Source: Gemmatimonadota bacterium
Lineage (GTDB): Bacteria; Gemmatimonadota; Gemmatimonadetes; Palauibacterales; Palauibacteraceae
Reading direction: 5' to 3'
NCBI GenBank assembly: GCA_963666735.1
Contig: OY762926.1
Location: 1,376,001 to 1,440,000 of the forward strand
Length of the DNA: 64,000 nt
Every line of letters starts with the position of its first letter. Within the stretch, counting starts at the first letter, position 1. Of the stretch, positions 13,778 to 26,050 are shown piece after piece. The position numbers and the translations under genes were made by a program. Below the pieces are notes generated by a model. The model was not told the origin of the DNA and did no database searches. It saw only the letters and a list, made by a program, of their open reading frames with translations.

Positions 13778-16700
13778 CTAGAACAGCGGCTCCGACTCGT
13801 CGCCGCCGAGCGACACGCTCAGCCCCAGCGCCTGCAGTTCCTTGACGAGCACGTTGAAGCTCTCGGGCACCCCGGGCTTGGGCAGGTTGTCGCCCTTCAC
13901 GATCGCCTCGTACACCCGGCTTCGTCCCGTCACGTCGTCCGACTTGACGGTCAGCATCTCCTGCAGTGTGTGGGCCGCGCCGTAGGCTTCCAGCGCCCAC
14001 ACTTCCATCTCCCCGAAGCGCTGCCCTCCGAACTGCGCCTTGCCGGCCAGCGGCTGCTGCGTGACAAGGCTGTAAGGACCGATGGAGCGCGCGTGGATCT
14101 TGTCGTCGACAAGGTGCGAGAGCTTCATCATGTAGATCTCGCCCACCGCGATATCCGCCACGAACTCATCGCCCGTGCGACCATCTCGCAGCCTCATCTT
14201 GCCGTTCGGACGCAGGCCCGCCCGCTCCAGCAGCTCGACAACGGCCGCGTCCACGCCCGAGGTGATCCTGCGCCGCCCCGAGAGCGCGGCGGTCTTCGGC
14301 CAGCCCTCCGACTCGAGCTTTGCCGCCGTGGTCGCGCCCGAGACATCGCGCACGACCCGGAGAACGAAGGAGGCCAGGCTGCGCAGGTACGGAGCGAGTT
14401 CACCTCCCCCTTCGAGATAGGCGTCGAGCGTGCGTCCGAGACTGGTCGGGTCATCCGACCCCGGAGCGTCTCCCTCCCAGGCCTGAATCTCGTTGACGAG
14501 CTTTTGAATCGTCTCGTACGGCAGTTCGGGCGGCTCCACGTCCGATCCGAGCGTACGAGCGGCCCAGTAGGCGCCTCCGATCTTCAGGAGAACGCCGATC
14601 TCATGCTCGGTCGCTCCCTGGAAGACGGGCGTATTCGCCTCGAACCCGAGAGCCCGCGCCGCCCAGCCCAGCGTGGTCTCGAGAATCTGTCCCACGTTCA
14701 TCCGGCTCGGTACGCCGAGTGGATTGAGCACGATCTCGACGGACTGTCCGTCGGGCAGAACCGGCATGTCCTCTTCGGGAACCACGCGGGCGATGATGCC
14801 CTTGTTCCCGTGCCGGCCGGCCATCTTGTCTCCCACCGAGATCTTTCGCTTCTCCGCCAGGTAGACCTTCACGAGCTGGACGACGCCCGGGGACAACTCG
14901 TCGGGCTGGAAGATCTTGTCGATGCCCTCCTCGGTACGCTCGCGTATCCGTTCCACTCGCGTGCGAGCCTCGGCCTCCACCCGGCGGATCAGGTCGTTCG
15001 ACTTCTCCGTCCTCACCTTCAGCGTCGAGAGGTCGATCTCTCCCAGGTCGATGCTCCGAAGTTTCGTCTTCGTCAGCTTCGTGCCCTCGGCGAACAGCGG
15101 CTCGAGGGAGCCCCGGCCGAGACACAGAAGCACCGTCTCCCCCTGTAGCAATTCGAGGATCTCCTCGTCCCGGGCTTCCATCACGCGTGCGATTTCGTCC
15201 CGCTCGCTCTCGCGCAGTTCGGCGATGCGCTCGCCGTGTTCCCGCTCCAGCAGCGGATCGTCGATTCGCCGCGAGAAGATCTTGACGTCGATCACCGTCC
15301 CTTCAACGCCGGGGGGGACGCGCAGCGAACTGTCCTTCACATCCTTGGCCTTCTCCCCGAAAATCGCCGTCAGCAGCTTTTCTTCGGGCGAAAGCTCCGT
15401 CTCCCCCTTCGGCGTGATCTTGCCGACGAGGATGTCTCCCGAGCGGACCGCCGCGCCGATGCGGACGATCCCCCGGTCGTCGAGGTCGACGAGCGCTTCC
15501 TCCGCCACGTTCGGGATCTCGCGCGTGATCTCCTCCATGCCGCGTTTCGTGTCCCGGACGTGGAGTTCGAGTTCCTGGATGTGGACCGAGGTGTAGACGT
15601 CGCCCTTGACCAGCTTCTCGCTGATCACGATCGCGTCCTCGAAATTGTGTCCGAACCAGGGCATGAAAGCGACGAGCGCGTTACGGCCGAGCGCGAGCGA
15701 GCCGCCATCCGTGCCGGCCCCGTCCGCGATCACATCGCCCGCTTCCACGCGGTCCCCGACCCGGACGATCGGCCGCTGGTTGATCGCCGTGTCCTGATTC
15801 GTGCGCCAGAACTTCCGGAGCCGGTAGGAGTCGTACTGCGTGAGGCGGGCGAGGGGAATCTCGCCGGCCGCCCGGCGGGGCTTGCCCGTGTCGACCTCGA
15901 CCTCGTCCGCCGTGACCCTCGTTACCGTCCCGGCGCGGCGCGCAAGCACGACGGCGCCGGAGTCGCGGGCCACCTTGCCCTCCAGGCCCGTGCCCACGAG
16001 CGGACGCTCGGGGAAGAGAAGCGGCACGGCTTGCCGCTGCATGTTCGACCCCATCAGCGCCCGGTTCGCGTCGTCGTGCTCGAGGAACGGAATGAGCGCG
16101 GGCGACACGGCCACCAACTGGTCCGGCGCGACATCCATGAAGTCGATCGCTTCCGGCGGCAGCAGCGGGTAGTCGTCGCGCCGCCGGCAGAGGACGAGCG
16201 AGCGGGCGAACGTCCCATCGGGGTTGAGTTCGGCGTTCGCCTGCGCGACAGCGTATTCCTCCTCTTCGCTCGCCGAGAGCCAGACGATTTCGTCCTGGGA
16301 AACCCGCTCGTTGACCACCCTGCGGTAGGGCGTCTCGAGGAAGCCCAGCTCGTTCAGACGGGAGTAGGTGGTCACGGACGTGATGAGCCCGATGTTCGGG
16401 CCCTCCGGGGTCTCGATGGGGCACATCCGTCCGTAGTGCGAGTAGTGCACGTCCCGCACTTCGAAGCCCGCGCGTTCCCGCGTCAGCCCACCCGGACCCA
16501 GCGCGCTCAGCCGTCGCTTGTGCGTCAGTTCCGAGAGCGGGTTCGTCTGGTCCATGAACTGGCTGAGCTGCGAACTTCCGAAGAAAGCCTGAATGACGGC
16601 GCTTACCGTACGCGCGTTCACGAGATCGTCGATGGAGATCTTCTCAGGGTCGCTGTTGATCGACATCCGCTCGCGAACCAGACGGGCCATGCGCGACAGT

Positions 16701-18376
16701 CCGACGGAAAACTGGTTCGCGATGAGTTCGCCGATGGACCGGACGCGGCGGTTCCCGAGATGGTCGATGTCGTCCGTGTATCCACGGCCCTCGTGCAGTT
16801 CGACCAGGTAGCGGATAATCGCCACGAAGTCGGACGGGTCCAGCACCACGAGTTCGCCCGCGGGGATCTCGAGACCGAGCAGTCGATACACGTCCTTGAG
16901 CCGGTGGTTGATCTTGTGTCGCCCCACCCGGCCCAGATCGTATCGCTTGGGGTTGAAGAAGAGCCGGTCGAGCGCGCCGCGGGCCGTCGCGAGGTTCGGC
17001 GCCTCGCCGGGTCGGACGAGCGAATAGATGGAGTGCAGCGCGGCCGCCTCGCTCGCCGTCGGGTCCTTCGCGAGCGTGTTGCGCAGCAGCGGCGACTCCC
17101 CGCGCGGACCACCCGTGAACACCAGGGCCTCGCGAGCCTTCTCCGCCTTGAGCTGCGCGAACAGGCTCGAATCGAAGCGCGCGCCCTTCTCGGCCAGGAC
17201 TTCTCCCGTGTCCTCGGCCACGACATCGGCGGCGAGCTGCGGACTCGAACTCCAGTCGCGGCGCATGGCGAGATCCTCGTAGGTCCCGCGCAGCGGTACG
17301 AACGTCGCGCTCGAGAACACCTCGACCTCCAGCACGCCCGCGCGCACGAGGCGCTCGAGGGCTTCTTCGCTCAACAGCTCCCCGCGGCGCACGATGAAGG
17401 CGTCTTCGTCCTCGAACACCTCGACACTCGTGATCTCCCGGTCGAGGATGCGCTGCAGCAACTCCGCGTCGAGCAGGTCGCCGAGGGCCGCAATCGGCTC
17501 TCCGCCATCCGCGCCGGCAAGGTCGCGCGCCAGCCAGTGCGGCGCGTCCGGAGCGGGCTCGTAGCCATGCAGTTCCAGCGCCTCGGGATCATCGTCGAAG
17601 TCAGGGTTCGCGATGCTCTGGGCCACCAGCGTCCCCGTGACCTCGCGATGCGCCGACGATTCCCCATCATCCTCCGCGTCGATCCGGACGAGCCGACGCC
17701 GACAGAAGCACTCGAGGATGTCCACGTCCCGCCCGTAGCCGAACGCCCGCAGCAGTGCGGTGGCGGGGAATTTCTTCTTCTTGTCGATATGGACGTGGAT
17801 CACGTCGTGGATATCGAGCGTGAATTCGACCCAGGAGCCGCGGAACGGGATGATCCGGGACGAAAAGAGGCGCGTGCCGTTGGGGTGCAGCGTCTCTTCG
17901 AATACGACGCCGGGGGAACGGTGAAGCTGGCTCACGATGACCCGCTCCGCCCCGTTCACGACGAACGTTCCCTGCTCCGTCAGGAGCGGCAGATCCCCGA
18001 GATAGACTTCCTTCTCCAGGATATCGCCCGGGCGCTTCTCGCCGTCCTTCCCGACCGTCTCGAAGATGACCAGCCGCAGCCGCGCCTTCAACGGCGCGGA
18101 GTAGGTCATGTCGCGCTCGATGCACTCCTCGACCTCGTACTTCGGCTCTCCGAGCGAGTAGCTGACGAACTCGAGCGAGAAGTTCTCGTTGACGTCCGTA
18201 ATCGGGAAAATCTCCCGAAAAACACGCTCGAGACCGAGATCCCGGCGCTCATCTTCCATCGCCTTCGATTGCAGCAGACGCTCGAACGCTTCCCGCTGGA
18301 CATCCAGGAAATGCGGCATGTGCATGGGGCGGGCGAGCTTGTCGAACGAGACCGCAAGTCTGCCGTTGGCCGTCAA
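13778..18376 (-). CDS. rpoB: RNA polymerase beta subunit (1532 aa, large insertions)
   Basis: [44 protein letters not shown] start. Confidence 0.99.
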   Translation of the reverse strand: MTANGRLAVSFDKLARPMHMPHFLDVQREAFERLLQSKAMEDERRDLGLERVFREIFPITDVNENFSLEFVSYSLGEPKYEVEECIERDMTYSAPLKARLRLVIFETVGKDGEKRPGDILEKEVYLGDLPLLTEQGTFVVNGAERVIVSQLHRSPGVVFEETLHPNGTRLFSSRIIPFRGSWVEFTLDIHDVIHVHIDKKKKFPATALLRAFGYGRDVDILECFCRRRLVRIDAEDDGESSAHREVTGTLVAQSIANPDFDDDPEALELHGYEPAPDAPHWLARDLAGADGGEPIAALGDLLDAELLQRILDREITSVEVFEDEDAFIVRRGELLSEEALERLVRAGVLEVEVFSSATFVPLRGTYEDLAMRRDWSSSPQLAADVVAEDTGEVLAEKGARFDSSLFAQLKAEKAREALVFTGGPRGESPLLRNTLAKDPTASEAAALHSIYSLVRPGEAPNLATARGALDRLFFNPKRYDLGRVGRHKINHRLKDVYRLLGLEIPAGELVVLDPSDFVAIIRYLVELHEGRGYTDDIDHLGNRRVRSIGELIANQFSVGLSRMARLVRERMSINSDPEKISIDDLVNARTVSAVIQAFFGSSQLSQFMDQTNPLSELTHKRRLSALGPGGLTRERAGFEVRDVHYSHYGRMCPIETPEGPNIGLITSVTTYSRLNELGFLETPYRRVVNERVSQDEIVWLSASEEEEYAVAQANAELNPDGTFARSLVLCRRRDDYPLLPPEAIDFMDVAPDQLVAVSPALIPFLEHDDANRALMGSNMQRQAVPLLFPERPLVGTGLEGKVARDSGAVVLARRAGTVTRVTADEVEVDTGKPRRAAGEIPLARLTQYDSYRLRKFWRTNQDTAINQRPIVRVGDRVEAGDVIADGAGTDGGSLALGRNALVAFMPWFGHNFEDAIVISEKLVKGDVYTSVHIQELELHVRDTKRGMEEITREIPNVAEEALVDLDDRGIVRIGAAVRSGDILVGKITPKGETELSPEEKLLTAIFGEKAKDVKDSSLRVPPGVEGTVIDVKIFSRRIDDPLLEREHGERIAELRESERDEIARVMEARDEEILELLQGETVLLCLGRGSLEPLFAEGTKLTKTKLRSIDLGEIDLSTLKVRTEKSNDLIRRVEAEARTRVERIRERTEEGIDKIFQPDELSPGVVQLVKVYLAEKRKISVGDKMAGRHGNKGIIARVVPEEDMPVLPDGQSVEIVLNPLGVPSRMNVGQILETTLGWAARALGFEANTPVFQGATEHEIGVLLKIGGAYWAARTLGSDVEPPELPYETIQKLVNEIQAWEGDAPGSDDPTSLGRTLDAYLEGGGELAPYLRSLASFVLRVVRDVSGATTAAKLESEGWPKTAALSGRRRITSGVDAAVVELLERAGLRPNGKMRLRDGRTGDEFVADIAVGEIYMMKLSHLVDDKIHARSIGPYSLVTQQPLAGKAQFGGQRFGEMEVWALEAYGAAHTLQEMLTVKSDDVTGRSRVYEAIVKGDNLPKPGVPESFNVLVKELQALGLSVSLGGDESEPLF

Positions 18377-18569
18377 ATCGTACCTCCCGCGGGGAACCCC
18401 GCGAGTACATGGGAGATGCGCAAATACCGGAGACCACCCGCAAGCGGTCGCGCCGGTTCGTGCATGGTGTGAGGTCGGACCCCCGCGTTACCGGCCCGGC
18501 TGCGATCCGTCCGCAGCCCGGAACCGATCGGATGATCGACGCCGGGGCCCGCCACGCTCTTCAGCGCGG

Positions 18570-18944
18570 CTACTTGAGATCCGCCGTGGCGCCCTGCTCT
18601 TCGAGCTTCGCCTTGACCTCCTCCGCCTCCTCCTTCGACACGCCTTCCTTGACGGGTCCGGGGGCGTTGTCGACGACGGCCTTCGCTTCCTTGAGACCCA
18701 GGCTCGTCACTTCACGCACGACCTTGATCACCTGGATCTTCTTGCTGCCTACCGCCGTGAGGACGACATCGAACTCCGTCTGTTCCTCCTCGGCGGCGTC
18801 TCCTCCGCCACCGGGAGCGGCGGCGACGGCGACCGGCGCGGAGGCCGACACGCCGAAGGTTTCCTCCATTTTGTCTTTCAGCTCGGCGGCTTCGAGCACC
18901 GTCAGCGAGCCGATCTGCTGCAGAAGATCGTCGATTTTGGACAT
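18570..18944 (-). CDS. rplL: 50S ribosomal protein L7/L12
   Basis: Start at ATG 18944; [26 protein letters not shown]. Confidence 0.97.
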   Translation of the reverse strand: MSKIDDLLQQIGSLTVLEAAELKDKMEETFGVSASAPVAVAAAPGGGGDAAEEEQTEFDVVLTAVGSKKIQVIKVVREVTSLGLKEAKAVVDNAPGPVKEGVSKEEAEEVKAKLEEQGATADLK

Positions 18945-19010
18945 GTTCTTCCGTTCCCTGGATCCTGTACGCATTCCGCACGCCCGCACGTCACGGGCAT
19001 GCGTACCACC

Positions 19011-19535
19011 TCAGGCGGACTCGTTCTTCCTTCCGACCTGTTCGATCATGTCTGCGATGTCGCGGAAGAGCGCATTCAGAGCGCCGGCGATGCCGGCAAC
19101 GCTCGCCGTGAGCCCGCCCGCGATGCCGCCGAGCAGAATCTCTCGCGAAGGCAGATCGGCGAGACGCCCCACTTCCTCCGGCGACGTTTCCACCCGGTTG
19201 ATGACGCCGACCTTTACCACCGGCCGGTCTTCGTTCGCTTTCGCGAATTCCTTCAGCACCCTCGCCGGCGCGACCGGGTCGGCGTCGCTGAGGATGAGCC
19301 CCGTCGGACCCTCGAGATGGGCGCTCAGGTCCGGGAGATCCAGATCCTCGAGCGCCCGCTTCATGAGGGTGTTCTTCACGACCCGATAGCTCAGGCCCTC
19401 GTCTCGGAGTCGCGTTCGGAAATCCGTGATCGCCTTCACGTCCAGCCCGGTGAAGTCGGTCAGGTAGATCGTCCCGCTCTCTTCGATCTGCGCAGTGAGT
19501 TCCTGCGTGACGCGCTGCTTTTCTTCGAGTTTCAT
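19011..19535 (-). CDS. rplJ: 50S ribosomal protein L10
   Basis: [21 protein letters not shown]. Confidence 0.96.
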   Translation of the reverse strand: MKLEEKQRVTQELTAQIEESGTIYLTDFTGLDVKAITDFRTRLRDEGLSYRVVKNTLMKRALEDLDLPDLSAHLEGPTGLILSDADPVAPARVLKEFAKANEDRPVVKVGVINRVETSPEEVGRLADLPSREILLGGIAGGLTASVAGIAGALNALFRDIADMIEQVGRKNESA

Positions 19536-19539
19536 GGAT

Positions 19540-20229
19540 CTATCGGTACAGGTCCTCGTCGACGGGAATACCGAGACCCATCGTGCTGGTCACGGTCACG
19601 CTCTTCACGTACCGACCCTTCGCCGCAGCGGGCTTCAACCGCACGATCTCGTCCATGAGCGCATCGAGATTCTCGCTCAGCTGGTCGAGTTCGAAGCTCA
19701 CTTTTCCAATCGGCGCGTGCACGTTGCCGGTACGGTCCACCCGGAATTCGATCTTGCCCGCCTTCGATTCGCGAACGGCGCGACTCACGTCCATGGTGAC
19801 CGTGCCGGCCTTCGGCGTGGGCATGAGGCCACGCGGACCGAGTATCCGGCCCAGCCTGGCAACATCCTTCATCAGGTCCGGCGTCGCGATCGCCACGTCG
19901 AAGTCGAGCCACCCCTCCTGAATCCGCTCGATGTAGTCGGTTCCGACGTAGTCCGCGCCAGCTTCCGTCGCTTCGGCCGCCCGGTCCGCCTTCACGAGAG
20001 CGAGCACGCGCACCTTGCGCCCCGTGCCTGCAGGCAGGATGACCGTGCCACGCACGATCTGGTCCGCCTTGCGCGGATCCACGCCCAGGCGCACCGCGGC
20101 TTCGACCGTCTCGTCGAAGTTTGCGAACGCCGTTGTCTTCACGCGCTCGAGCGCCTCGCGAGGCGCGAGGGCGCCATTCGACGGAGCGTCCCCTACGGCG
20201 GAGCGGTATTTCCTGCCGTGTTTCGGCAT
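19540..20229 (-). CDS. rplA: 50S ribosomal protein L1
   Basis: [25 protein letters not shown]. Confidence 0.98.
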   Translation of the reverse strand: MPKHGRKYRSAVGDAPSNGALAPREALERVKTTAFANFDETVEAAVRLGVDPRKADQIVRGTVILPAGTGRKVRVLALVKADRAAEATEAGADYVGTDYIERIQEGWLDFDVAIATPDLMKDVARLGRILGPRGLMPTPKAGTVTMDVSRAVRESKAGKIEFRVDRTGNVHAPIGKVSFELDQLSENLDALMDEIVRLKPAAAKGRYVKSVTVTSTMGLGIPVDEDLYR

Positions 20230-20248
20230 GTCTCCCGGTCTCTCCCGA

Positions 20249-20680
20249 TCAGTCGGCCCGCTCGATCCCCATGGATCGTGCGGTGCCCGCGATCATCCGC
20301 ATCGCGGCCTCTTCATCCGCCGCGTTGAGATCCTTCATCTTGATTCTGGCGATCCTGCGCAGCTGGTCGTCCGTGACCCTGCCGACCTTCTCCCGATTGG
20401 GGACCGGGGAACCCGATTCGAGACCGAGTTCCTTCTTGAGCAGTTCCACCGCCGGCGGCGTCTTGGTGATGAAACTGAACGTCCGGTCCTTGTAGACCGT
20501 GATCTCGACCGGGATGATCGTGCCGGCTTCCTGCTGCGTCTGCGCGTTGAACGCCTTGCAGAAGTCCATGATGTTGAGGCCGTGCTGGCCCAGCGCCGGA
20601 CCCACGGGCGGGGCCGGATTCGCCTGCCCCCCCGGAATCTGCAGCTTGATGAACCCGGTAACCTGTTTCTTCGGCGGCAT
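20249..20680 (-). CDS. rplK: 50S ribosomal protein L11
   Basis: [24 protein letters not shown]. Confidence 0.98.
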   Translation of the reverse strand: MPPKKQVTGFIKLQIPGGQANPAPPVGPALGQHGLNIMDFCKAFNAQTQQEAGTIIPVEITVYKDRTFSFITKTPPAVELLKKELGLESGSPVPNREKVGRVTDDQLRRIARIKMKDLNAADEEAAMRMIAGTARSMGIERAD

Positions 20681-21261
20681 CAGAACCCCTGCAACTGCGT
20701 GTAGTCCAGTTCAACCGAGGTCGGGCGCCCGAACAGGCTCACCTGCACGCGCACCTTGCCCTTCTCCGCAAACACTTCTTCCACCGTTCCGCTGAAATCG
20801 CTGAACGGTCCCTCCATGACTTCCACGACCTGCCCCGGCCGGAAGGGGATCTCCGTTTCCGGGCCCGCCTGCTCGAGTTCATCCGCGATCCCGAGAATCT
20901 TGTTCATCTCCTCGGTCTTGAGCGGCTGGGGATCCTTCCCGCTCCCGACGAACTTGATGACGCCGGGCACGTTGTTCACGACGTACATCGTGTTCTGGTC
21001 CAGCAGCATCTGAATGAGCACGTAGCCCGGGTAGAGCCGCTTCGTCGATTTGACGCGCTTCCCTCCCTTGATCTCGACAACTTCCTGCGTCGGGACGATG
21101 ACCTCGCGAATCGGGGGCTCATCCCCGTACTCCTGGATCTTCTGCTCCAGAAGCGTCTTCACTTTCTTCTCGTGGCCCGAATACGTCTGCAGCGCGTACC
21201 AGCGCAGCACATCCTCGGGAGATCCCGTCTGCGCGGCTCCCGCGCCCGCCGACTCAACCAC
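20680..21261 (-). CDS. nusG: Transcription termination/antitermination factor NusG
   Basis: [23 protein letters not shown] domain FGRPTSVEL; exact start uncertain. Confidence 0.96.
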   Translation of the reverse strand: MVESAGAGAAQTGSPEDVLRWYALQTYSGHEKKVKTLLEQKIQEYGDEPPIREVIVPTQEVVEIKGGKRVKSTKRLYPGYVLIQMLLDQNTMYVVNNVPGVIKFVGSGKDPQPLKTEEMNKILGIADELEQAGPETEIPFRPGQVVEVMEGPFSDFSGTVEEVFAEKGKVRVQVSLFGRPTSVELDYTQLQGF

Positions 21262-21460
21262 CGAACGACCTGACGACGAACCGCACCGACGCCGCGAAGA
21301 CCGAATCCATGGCCCCGATGACGATGGCCATGATGAAGACGAAGATCAGGATGCCGATCGTTGCACCGCGCAACTGATCCTTGTCGGGCCATGTGACCCG
21401 ACGCATCTCGACCTGTACCTGTTCCGCGAATTCCTGGGTTCTTCTGACGATGCCGGCCAA
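21254..21460 (-). CDS. secE: Preprotein translocase subunit SecE
   Basis: EMRRVTWP motif plus one TM helix; upstream of nusG. Confidence 0.93.
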   Translation of the reverse strand: MAGIVRRTQEFAEQVQVEMRRVTWPDKDQLRGATIGILIFVFIMAIVIGAMDSVFAASVRFVVRSFGG

Positions 21461-21469
21461 TCGAATCCC

Positions 21470-21619
21470 TTACCGTGTTTCTTTGTGCATTGTGTGTCCG
21501 TTACAGCGGCGACAGTACTTCTTCTGCTCGGCCCGCTGCGGATGGGTCCGCCGATTCTTCGTCGTCGAATAGTTGCGCTCCTTGCACTGCGTACATTCGA
21601 GCGTAATCCGAGCCCTCAT
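21470..21619 (-). CDS. rpmG: 50S ribosomal protein L33 (Zn-ribbon, C+ form); absent from the ORF track
   Basis: Manual translation [49 protein letters not shown]. Confidence 0.95.
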   Translation of the reverse strand: MRARITLECTQCKERNYSTTKNRRTHPQRAEQKKYCRRCNGHTMHKETR

Positions 21620-21628
21620 TTGCGTTTC

Positions 21629-22838
<1,210 letters not shown>

Positions 22839-22942
22839 CTCGGACTTCGGGTTCGGCGGAGTGGCCCGCGACGGGCGCTTCTCCTGCTCGTCCTGCTCGC
22901 GCGCGGGCTACGCCCTTTGTTTCGTCAGTGGTCTCGTGAAGG

Positions 22943-23025
22943 TGGTGGGGGGAGGATTCGAACCTCCGAAGGCATAAGCCAGCAGATTTACAGTCTGCCC
23001 CGTTTGGCCGCTTCGGTACCCCACC
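22943..23025 (-). tRNA. tRNA-Tyr(GTA)
   Basis: GGTGGGG/CCCCACC acceptor stem, GCAGA-CTGTAAA-TCTGC anticodon arm, long variable arm, GGTTCGAATCC; CCA not encoded. Confidence 0.96.
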
Positions 23026-23109
23026 GCCGGTACCTGGCGCCCGATCGACGCCCGATCGATGAGTTCCAGGGTGCGCCGCTTCGGGGCGGCTGTTCGTCCG
23101 ACTCGACCG

Positions 23110-23182
23110 AGCTGGCGGTGGGACTCGAACCCACAACCTCCGGATTACAAATCCGACGCTCTACCGGTTGAGCTACGCCAGC
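23110..23182 (-). tRNA. tRNA-Thr(TGT)
   Basis: GCTGGCG/CGCCAGC acceptor stem, anticodon loop TTTGTAA, GGTTCGAGTCC; CCA not encoded. Confidence 0.96.
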
Positions 23183-23206
23183 GACCCTTCCGCACAATAG
23201 TCTTCT

Positions 23207-23236
23207 AACATATGGGCACGCGTGACCCACCGTCAA
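23207..23236 (-). promoter_or_regulatory. sigma70-type promoter for tRNA-Thr/tRNA-Tyr/tuf
   Basis: TTGACG-N18-TATGTT about 25 nt upstream of tRNA-Thr. Confidence 0.6.
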
Positions 23237-23284
23237 GGTGTTTTCGAGCATCCGATTCGGTCGCCGCTCGCGAGCGCCGGCGCG

Positions 23285-24760
23285 TCATCCTGCCGCCCCG
23301 AGGGGACGCGGCACCTGGACCGTGCGACCCCCCATCCGAAGGCGCGTGAACTCCGCCAGATCCTCCACGACCACCCCACAGGCTTCGAGTTCGGCGCGAA
23401 TCGCGTCGGCGCGCGCGAAGTCCCGGCTCGCCCGGGCGCGCTCACGTTCCCCGACGCGCGCCGTGGCCCAGGCGAAGAGCTCGTCGTCGTCACCGGATGA
23501 TTCCCGGTCCCGCACGGCCAGCACGCCGAAGATGCGATCGAATGCGTCGATCACGTCGAGGGCGGCCTCGGTGCCCGACGGGGCCAGGGGACGGGCGACG
23601 TCGAGCAGGTGATTCGCCTCCCGGACGAGCCCGAACACGGCCGAAAGCGCCTCACTCACGTTCAGGTCGTCATCCATCGCCGCCTCGAATGCGGCGCGCG
23701 CTCGCGCCGCGACCTTGCCGAGATCGGTCGACGCATCCGTCTCCGCCTCGCCGGCCTCGCGCGCGCGGTTCCTGAACTCGTGGAGGCGGGTCACGGCCTT
23801 CGCCGCGGCCTCCAAGCCGTCGAACGTGAAGTTCAGCTGGGCCCGGTAGTGTCCGCTGAGCAGCAGATACCGGATCGCGGAGGGCGCGTGTCCGCGTTCG
23901 ATCAGTTCCGGGATCGTGAAGCAGTTGCCGAGCGATTTCGACATCTTCCGGCCTTCCACCAGAAGGTGCTCGGCATGGAGCCAGAACTCCGAGAACTGCT
24001 TCCCCGTCGCCCCTTCCGACTGAGCGATTTCGTTGGTGTGATGCGGGAAGAGGTTGTCCACGCCTCCGGCATGGATGTCCAGCGTTTCACCCAGATGGTG
24101 CATCGCCATCGCCGAGCACTCGAGGTGCCAGCCCGGCCGGCCCGGCCCCCACGGAGAATCCCACACCGCTACGGCCCCGTCGCCACCGCGGTCGCCGCCC
24201 TTCCAGAGGACGAAATCTCTCGGGTCGTCCTTGTCGTACTCCTCATCTCCGGCGGCCCTGCCGGCCGCCTCGAGTTCCCTCGAGTCGATGCCCGCCAGCC
24301 GCCCGTATTCGGGGGAACGCCCGATCGCGAAGTACACGGAGCCGTCGCTCTCGTACGTGAGTCCCCGCTCGGAGAGGGCCTCGACCAGCCGGATCATCCC
24401 TTCGATGTAACGGGTCGCGCGCGGCCGGTGCTCGGGTTCCTCGAGCCCCAGCGTGTCCCAGTCCTCGAGGAACATCTCGATGACGGGATCCGTGACCCCG
24501 GCCAGCGGCACGCCCCGGGCGGAGGCCGCCGCGATCGTCCGATCATCGACGTCCGTCAGGTTCATGACCTGGCAGACCTCGTATCCCCTGAACCGGAGGT
24601 AGCGACGCAGCAGATCTTCCCACGTAAAGGCGCGGAAGTTCCCGATATGCGCGCGGTCGTACACCGTCGGCCCGCAGGTGTACATCCGCACCCGGCCCGG
24701 TTCGACGGGCTTGAACGGGCGGAGCCGCCGCGTCAGGGAGTCGTAGAGTCGGAGGCTCAT
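23285..24760 (-). CDS. cysS: Cysteine--tRNA ligase
   Basis: Start at ATG 24760 (MSLRLYDSLTR); YTCGPTVY, HIGN, GWHLECSAM, KMSKS. Confidence 0.97.
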   Translation of the reverse strand: MSLRLYDSLTRRLRPFKPVEPGRVRMYTCGPTVYDRAHIGNFRAFTWEDLLRRYLRFRGYEVCQVMNLTDVDDRTIAAASARGVPLAGVTDPVIEMFLEDWDTLGLEEPEHRPRATRYIEGMIRLVEALSERGLTYESDGSVYFAIGRSPEYGRLAGIDSRELEAAGRAAGDEEYDKDDPRDFVLWKGGDRGGDGAVAVWDSPWGPGRPGWHLECSAMAMHHLGETLDIHAGGVDNLFPHHTNEIAQSEGATGKQFSEFWLHAEHLLVEGRKMSKSLGNCFTIPELIERGHAPSAIRYLLLSGHYRAQLNFTFDGLEAAAKAVTRLHEFRNRAREAGEAETDASTDLGKVAARARAAFEAAMDDDLNVSEALSAVFGLVREANHLLDVARPLAPSGTEAALDVIDAFDRIFGVLAVRDRESSGDDDELFAWATARVGERERARASRDFARADAIRAELEACGVVVEDLAEFTRLRMGGRTVQVPRPLGAAG

Positions 24761-25380
24761 CGCCCACCTGGGGGAAGGTAGTGTTCCGTTCTCCAGATGC
24801 GGTAGGCGGCGATTTCCTCCGCACGACGCGCGCGGGAGATCTGCAGACAGCCACCCAACTGGCGATCCGACCGGTCGAGGATGAGTCCCGCGAGGACGCC
24901 GGCCTCGCGCGCGAACGCGAGTTCGTCCAGCGGCTCGTACGCGGGACCGCCGAAGAGGAGTCGCGCCGCGATCCACCCGTCGACGAACCCGTCGACCGCC
25001 TCGACTTCCCGGGAGACGAGCACGTCGCAGGCCACGTCGGGATCCTGACGCACGGCGTGCATTCGCAGAACCGCGTAACTCTCGTAGGCCCGGCCGGCCT
25101 CCCGCAGATTCCCCGGCATCACGAGCGCGGCGCTCGAATCCGTCACGACCTCGACCGCGTTCCACGGCCACGCATCCCGCGCCTCGGACTCGTCGAGGTC
25201 GCGGCCGAACGACCGGAAGTAGAGCACGAGAGGGTCCTCCACGAGATCGGTCATGAGGGAGTCGGAACGATCCCGGAAGCGGAGGAGGAGGTCGGCCTCG
25301 AACTCCGCGACACTGCCCGAGGGGGCCGTCAGGCGATACTGGGCGTCGACCGACTCCGCACCGACGAACCCGGCGAGCAC
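24757..25380 (-). CDS. Hypothetical, probably exported protein
   Basis: Stop overlaps the cysS ATG (ATGA); signal-like segment AAALVVLAGFVGAESVDAQ; start uncertain. Confidence 0.6.
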   Translation of the reverse strand: MLAGFVGAESVDAQYRLTAPSGSVAEFEADLLLRFRDRSDSLMTDLVEDPLVLYFRSFGRDLDESEARDAWPWNAVEVVTDSSAALVMPGNLREAGRAYESYAVLRMHAVRQDPDVACDVLVSREVEAVDGFVDGWIAARLLFGGPAYEPLDELAFAREAGVLAGLILDRSDRQLGGCLQISRARRAEEIAAYRIWRTEHYLPPGGR

Positions 25381-25417
25381 GACCAGCGCCGCAGCGACCC
25401 GCAGTCGGCGGCTCCGG

Positions 25418-25894
25418 CTACCGGCCGTCCGCCGTGAGGACGAGTTGGGGGCGTTCCGCCTCGGAGTCCGGCCGCCGGTCGAGGAGGCCGGCGAATTCGA
25501 GAACGTCATCGCCCGCCCCGCCGAGCAGTTCGCGCTCGCGGGCGAGCAGATTGTTCGAGACTTCGAGCGCCGAGCGCTCGCCGGTCCAGTGCTCCTCCAC
25601 CACATCCCAGCCAAGCTCCTCTCCGATCCGATGCGTCACATACGCACAACAGAAAACATCATCCAGAAAACCGTACGGCCCGACCTCATCTTCCGGGATC
25701 ACATCGTCCGGGCTCACGAGGTAGGCGATGGCCGCATCCACCAGAATCCTCTGCTGCCGGGTCAGGCGCGGGTCCTTCATGAGGGTGAACATCAACAAAC
25801 CGTAGACGGGCGCGAGGATGACGACGTCACGCAGCGTGCCGGCGTATCGTGCGACCTGATCCTTCAGGCCCTGGAGGTAGGCGCTGCTTGGCAT
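25418..25894 (-). CDS. YkvA/DUF1232-family membrane protein
   Basis: AIAYLVSPDDVIPE...GFLDD motif; GGAAGGGG RBS before ATG 25894. Confidence 0.8.
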   Translation of the reverse strand: MPSSAYLQGLKDQVARYAGTLRDVVILAPVYGLLMFTLMKDPRLTRQQRILVDAAIAYLVSPDDVIPEDEVGPYGFLDDVFCCAYVTHRIGEELGWDVVEEHWTGERSALEVSNNLLARERELLGGAGDDVLEFAGLLDRRPDSEAERPQLVLTADGR

Positions 25895-26050
25895 CCCCTT
25901 CCAATCCCGATCCCGGTGGATCGCGCTACCGGGCGGCCAGCCCGACGGGTACGACCCGGCGGCGGGCGCGACGCCCAAAACATACAACCGGCTCTTTCCC
26001 CCTGTAACCCCTTCACTCCGCGCGGTGGCGGGGTCCGGGCGCGCGACGGA

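Noticed and set aside
22943..23285. Integrative element at the tRNA genes
   Set aside because: No integrase, att duplication or compositional shift; flanked by core genes
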